Shown: positions 41,316 through 46,337 of the stretch, in pieces
How the letters are laid out: every line of letters starts with the position of its first letter
Position numbering within the stretch: position 1 is the first letter of the stretch
From: an uncultured Verrucomicrobiae bacterium
GTDB lineage: Bacteria; Verrucomicrobiota; Verrucomicrobiia; Limisphaerales; JAFGQR01
Assembly (NCBI GenBank): GCA_963788655.1
Contig: CAWBHS010000093.1
Coordinates: 1-46,337 of the forward strand
Direction: 5' to 3'
Length of the DNA stretch: 46,337 nucleotides
The notes under the pieces: generated by a model
Database searches by the model: none
The model's input: the letters and a program-made list of their open reading frames with translations, nothing else
Told to the model about the DNA's origin: nothing
Program-made: the position numbers and the translations under genes

Positions 41316-41993
41316 CTATTCGGGCAAATTCATCAACGCCGACTTGTTTTCGAGCGCGAACTGAAGCAGCGGATGACTTCCGCGCAGGTTCAACTTGGCG
41401 CAGATGTTGGCCCGGTGCGTCTCTACCGTGCGATAGCTGATGAACAGCTCGGCGCCGATTTGACGGCTGGTTTTGTTTTCCGCGATGAGTTTCAGAACGG
41501 ACCGTTCCATGGGGGTCAAGGTTTCCAGGCCGGGTGTTTTCTCTTTTAGTTCGATCGTTTGCCGGCCGCGCCGCATTAGAAACGCGCTGAGCGATGGCGT
41601 CAGGTAGGTTTCACCGCGGGCAACGGTCTTGATGCCAGTCACAATTCCGGCTTCAGCTTCGTCCTTCAGAATGTAGGCGCCCACGCCGAGATCCAGGGCG
41701 CGATTCAAGATGCGCTCGGATTTGTGCATGGTGAGCAGGACGACCTTTAACGGAGGCTTGCGTTTAATCAGCTTCGCCGCCAATTCGAGGCCGTCCACCT
41801 CCGGCAAATCAATGTCCACCACGGCCACGTCGGTGCGGGCAGTCTTGAGCAACTCGATCGCTTCGGCTGCGTTGCCGGCCTGAGCGACAATGGTCAACAA
41901 CGGGTCTTCTTCAATGATCTCCGCCATCCCGCGGCGGAAGACCGGATGATCATCGACAATCAGGACTTTGATTGGTTCAGCTTGTTTTTTCAT
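41316..41993 (-). CDS. NarL/LuxR-family response regulator
   Basis: LIVDDHPVFRRG, VDIDLPEVDG, LTPME...IGAELFISYRTVETHRANICAKL. Confidence 0.95.
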   Translation of the reverse strand: MKKQAEPIKVLIVDDHPVFRRGMAEIIEEDPLLTIVAQAGNAAEAIELLKTARTDVAVVDIDLPEVDGLELAAKLIKRKPPLKVVLLTMHKSERILNRALDLGVGAYILKDEAEAGIVTGIKTVARGETYLTPSLSAFLMRRGRQTIELKEKTPGLETLTPMERSVLKLIAENKTSRQIGAELFISYRTVETHRANICAKLNLRGSHPLLQFALENKSALMNLPE

Positions 41994-44900
41994 GCGAATT
42001 GGGCAAGCGAATCTGCACCTGTGTGCCCGCGCCCGGCGCGGACTCAAACGTCACACTGCCTCCCAGGAAGCGAACGCGTTCGCGCACGCCCGCCAACCCG
42101 AGGCCCCGACCGGCTTGCGCAGGCGGCACGTGTTCCGGGGTAAATCCCCTGCCGTTGTCGGTGATACTTATATTCACCTTGAAATCCGAACGTTGCAGCC
42201 GCAATTCGATCCGGGTCGCTGCCGCGTGTTTGCTGGCGTTGTTCATGCATTCCTGGACGATCCGGTACACGTGAATTTCCTGATCGGGCGCCCAGAGATG
42301 ATCCGCCGGTTCGAGGTGTGATTCAATGCTCGCTTCCGTGCCCGCCCGCAGCGAATCCATCATGGCTTCGAGGGCATCGGTGAGACCGAGGCGATCCAGT
42401 TCCGGCGGGCGGAGATTGGACATGATGGCGCGCGTTTCGTTGATGGCCCGGCCGGCGAGGTCGGAGATTTCGTTCAAGCGCGCTTTGGCGGGCGATTGAT
42501 CCTCCATCTGTCGCCACGTTACTTTCGCGGTGTTCTTGATTAACATCAGATCCTGTCCCAAGCCGTCGTGTAATTCGCGGGCAATGCGCTGTCTTTCGGT
42601 TTCCTGTGACTCCATCACGCGCCGGGTAAATTGCGCTTGCCGGTCGTGTTCGCGACGCATCTGTCGCAACTTCAAATTTCGGCTGAACCCCAAGAAACCC
42701 AGCAGAGACAGTCCCACACTTAGGCGAAACCAGAGGGTCTGCCACCAGGCTGGCAGGACGACCAGAGCCTGCGAAATGCCTGCTTCGTTCCACCGGCCAA
42801 AGTTGTTCGCCGCCACGACATGAAAACGATAGGAGCCGGGAGGCAGGTGGGTGTAAACTGCCGAACGCCGGATGCCGGCCTCAACCCACTCCGAATCTAA
42901 ACCTTCCAGCCGGTAACGATAGCGGTTCTTTTCCGGGGCTTGCAAATGAATGGCGGCATAGCGGAATTCAATGCGTTGGTGGCCAGACCTCAGTTCGATG
43001 GCGGAGGGAGTTCCGGCATCGGTGACGTCACCGCGGCGGGAAGGGGTTATCTCTCGATCATTGATCAAAACGGCTTCGAGGTTCACAACCGGCGAACGCA
43101 AATCTTTTTGGCGCTGTTGCCATTGCGCCACGTCGATGACCGCGGCGCCTTTGGCGGTCCCCACCCAGATATTTCCCTCCCGCGTTTGACAGATGCCGGT
43201 GCGATAGGTACACGCGGCCGTTGGAAGTCCGTCCCCATGGTCGAACCAGGAGAATTGAACCTCCGGGCGGCCATCTTCGGCCCGGGCGTTCAGGCTGCGG
43301 CGGTCCAGGCGAAGGGCGCCCTGGTTGGGCGTGGCCAGCCACAAGCCGCCATAGGGATCCAGCGCAATCGCCAGCACCGTTCGCGGCAGAACGCGCCGGT
43401 CCGCGGGGAATTCGAACCATTGTCCGGCCTTCCATCGGCACAAGACCGGCCCTTCACCGGCAACCCAAAGGGTGTTCTCTTCGTCCACACAGAATCCAAT
43501 CGTGCGTTGGTTGGTGCGTTGAACGCCCCGCAGGAGTTCCCGCCACTGGCCGCTGTCCCGGCGAACAAAACCGCCATCGCGCTTGGCCGCATAGATCCGT
43601 CCTTGGTGGTCTTCCGCCAACGCCGCCACCGCGTCGGGGTATTCGCAGATGAACTCGTTTCCGTCCCAGCGAAACGCCCCGCCGGTCGTGGCAACCCAGA
43701 GTGCGCCGGAAGCGGTGGCCAGTAGGTTACGGATGGAGAGCGGCGAACCGTCGGGAGAATGGATTCCTCCCAATGGTGTTACTCCCGCGGCGCTGGCTTC
43801 GCCCACTCGGTTGCCCCCCGCCAACCAGACTGCGCCGTGGGACGCGCGGGCGGCGTATTGAACTGAAAATGGCACGTCAATTTCTTCCAAATCCCACGCC
43901 TGGTCTGGCAGATAATGGGTTTTACCCCGCGCCGTAATGAACCAAAGTCCGCGGGCATCATCCTGGACCAAAGCCGAAATTCGGTAGCCGAACAGTGCCG
44001 CGACCGCAGCCGGGACACAAAAAGCGGTCTGCCGAATCTGATAAAGCCCTCGCCGCCCGGCCACCCACACGTTGCCTTCAGCGTCGGTCAACAGGTCGCG
44101 AATAATGGATTCGTTGGCTTGCTGGGGCAAGGGAACCTGGCGGAGCCGCCCATCGGCCAGGCGGACAAACAATCCCCGGCTCATCGTGCCGATCCAGAAA
44201 TTGCCGTTCCGATCCCTGCACGCCATCCGAATCCTCACCTTATCGGATAGCCGGGGCGCGAACGCATACTTGAGGCTCCAGCTCGAACCATCGAATTCAT
44301 AAATTCCCTCACGCGCCGCCGCGGCCACGTTTCCGTTGGGCAGTTGGAACAGAATCCCCCAATTGCGGTGGTGGTTTTCCCTTCGCCGTCAGTATCTGTT
44401 CACTCTTCAATCCGGCGCTCGTCACTTTGACCAGCGAGCGATTATGAGCCCAGATGCCCCAAAGCTGGCCGGTTCGATCTGTGATCAGGCTGCTATAGAC
44501 GCCACGCGCTTCGTCCGGCAATCGATGTGGCGACGCAAGTTCAAAGCGCTCCTTGTTCCAGCGAAACAATTGACCGTTTTCATTACTCAGGAGCCAAATG
44601 TTGCCTTGCGGATCTTCCGTCATCGGGCCGAACAAATCCCCGGTCACTCCTGGCCCTTTCCCCACCCGATGGAATTGACCCTGGTCCAGGATGGTCTTCT
44701 GCCTGGATCTCAAAGTGATCCACAACCGTCCCTGGGAATCCGCCCACAGCTTACTGGTGTTGTCTCGTGGCAAACCTGGCGTATCCGACGCATAGAACAC
44801 CTTGAACTCATATCCGTTAAAGCGCACCAGCCCATTCTGAGTGCCAATCCACAGGTAACCGTCGCGGGTTTGCGCCAACGAAAAAATCGTTTCCGTCGGC

Positions 44901-45140
44901 AAACCTTCCTCCACGCCCCAGTGCTGAATCGCCAATCCCGCGTCGGCCAAGGAAAGCTCTGCAGGACTGGAGGCGGCGGTGGTATTCGCCGTTTGGCCGA
45001 AGGTGGCGAAGCAGAGCAGCAGCGTAATGGAAAGCCAGGAAATTCGCGGTTCGAATTCGTACGGTTGGTTGCCAGCTAATCCACGGACGCTCAGGATTTC
45101 ACCTGAGGCGCAATGGCCGATATTCCTAATCCAGAATCCC
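41977..45140 (-). CDS. Sensor histidine kinase: beta-propeller (Reg_prop) + Y_Y_Y + TM + HisKA_3/HATPase; frameshift ~44325, start uncertain
   Basis: GLP..TI.SLAQTRDGYLWIGTQNGLVRFNG, YRYRLEG...YTHLPPGSYRF, ERQRIARELHDGLGQ, DNGRGF, GLGLAG. Confidence 0.9.
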
Positions 45141-45167
45141 ATTCGCGAGATCACCGCAACATGCTGA

Positions 45168-46225
45168 ATGAATCGATCAATTGGCTCAAGCCTTACCAAC
45201 GTGGTCGGCAACGGATCCATGCGATCAGTGACCGACAACCTGGATGCATCGGCCCGCTTTTACCGCCTGGCAATCGTTCCTTGTGCTCCCCTGCGATTGG
45301 GCTCATGGAGTCAAACCATCAAGGTTTCGACGACCGACAACCTTTGGCACGACGACATGACGAATTATGTCCAGGCACTTCAGGAGACAGGGCAGAACTT
45401 CTGCATTTATTCCGCAAATGATGAAATAGATATGGAAGACCTGATCACGTTGCTCGAGACGCTTGAAGACGAAGGCAGCGACATTCAGGTCTTTGCCGCG
45501 GTGGGGGCGCCCCATTTGGGGGCGCGGACGACTGTCTGGCACACTAATTTTGTACCCGCCAATTGCGATTGTGACAACGCGGGCGATTTCGCCGCGATCT
45601 ATGACTGTGAGCAGGATTGCCTTTCCTCCTGGTTTCACGCCTGGACCAACGCGGCCACTGAACTCTCTGAATTGTCCCTTACCCATTCCAATTTGAAGGG
45701 GTACGTGATCAATGATTTCGATGGCTACGTGGAATCGGCGGACAGACCGGCGTGTGTTTATGGAAAAAGGCTGACTCGGGATCAGGTGATAGTCATCACC
45801 GAGGGGCTCATAGCAGGAATCCTGATTTTGAATTTTGGCCCGCGTGTTACTTCAGTAACTTTGGTAGAGTGATCGGGCAGGGATTCGTTCTCGGCGCCGA
45901 CTACGGCGTAAAGCTTTTCGACGAGGAGGAAATGCAGGTGGAACTCACCTTCGAACTTCCGGCGGCTCCTTTAAGTGCCTACTTTGACTTCTTCCATTGT
46001 GATACGGTCGACAGTTGCATTGCTCCGGAAGACAGTGGAGGTGTCCGGTACGGAAGCCTGTTCAAGAAGGTCTATGTCAATGGGACCAACGTTGAAGATC
46101 TCGTCTGGTCTGAATCAATCGCCGGCGACCAGGATGTTGAACACTTCCAGCAGGATATTGCGCCCGATCTCACCGAAGGCACGAATACCATCTATGCAGC
46201 TGGATTCGGAGGCGGTGGTGCTTAA
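45168..46225 (+). CDS. Acidic hypothetical protein, frameshifted (~45810), probably continues beyond the window
   Basis: ORFs 45168-45872 and 45752-46225 appear to be one gene; includes an 'ARFYRL' domain end; no function recognised. Confidence 0.45.
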
Positions 46226-46337
46226 CGGGTGTGAAATGGCGTTTTGGCGAATCTGGAAGGTATCCCTGCAGGGCTGGCTGATGAACCCGACAACTTCCGC
46301 CGTTGAACCATTCGCGAGAACTGATTTTCAGACCCGC

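Overview
GC-rich bacterial DNA whose gene content suggests Verrucomicrobiota/PVC (prepilin-type H-X9-DG protein, PEP-CTERM, '...FYRV' C-terminal domains); this is inference. Scattered single-base frameshifts suggest uncorrected long-read indels. From left to right: (1) 0.7-13.9 kb, a Sec-exported Rhs/YD polymorphic toxin with a transglutaminase-like N-terminus, followed by three toxin cassettes. Each cassette has its own signal peptide and a coupled immunity gene, and the last immunity protein resembles a stand-alone EF-Tu domain III. (2) A cobalamin riboswitch upstream of a secreted protein and a prepilin-like gene. (3) A Rieske plus cytochrome b/di-haem c operon, a pilin and an integron-integrase remnant. 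(4) A moxR-DUF58-batABCDE operon. (5) 29.6-34.1 kb, a mobile cluster: an IS91-like remnant, two attC-like sites, an ORF-less group II intron inserted in an attC R' box, and an IS4-family element. (6) A minus-strand cluster encoding a sensor kinase, response regulators, an FG-GAP/S74 fibre protein, an Ig-like protein and a PEP-CTERM protein, interrupted by an ISNCY/IS5-like element. The strongest candidates for undescribed biology are the toxin paired with an EF-Tu-domain-III mimic and the attC-targeting intron and IS91-like ends.
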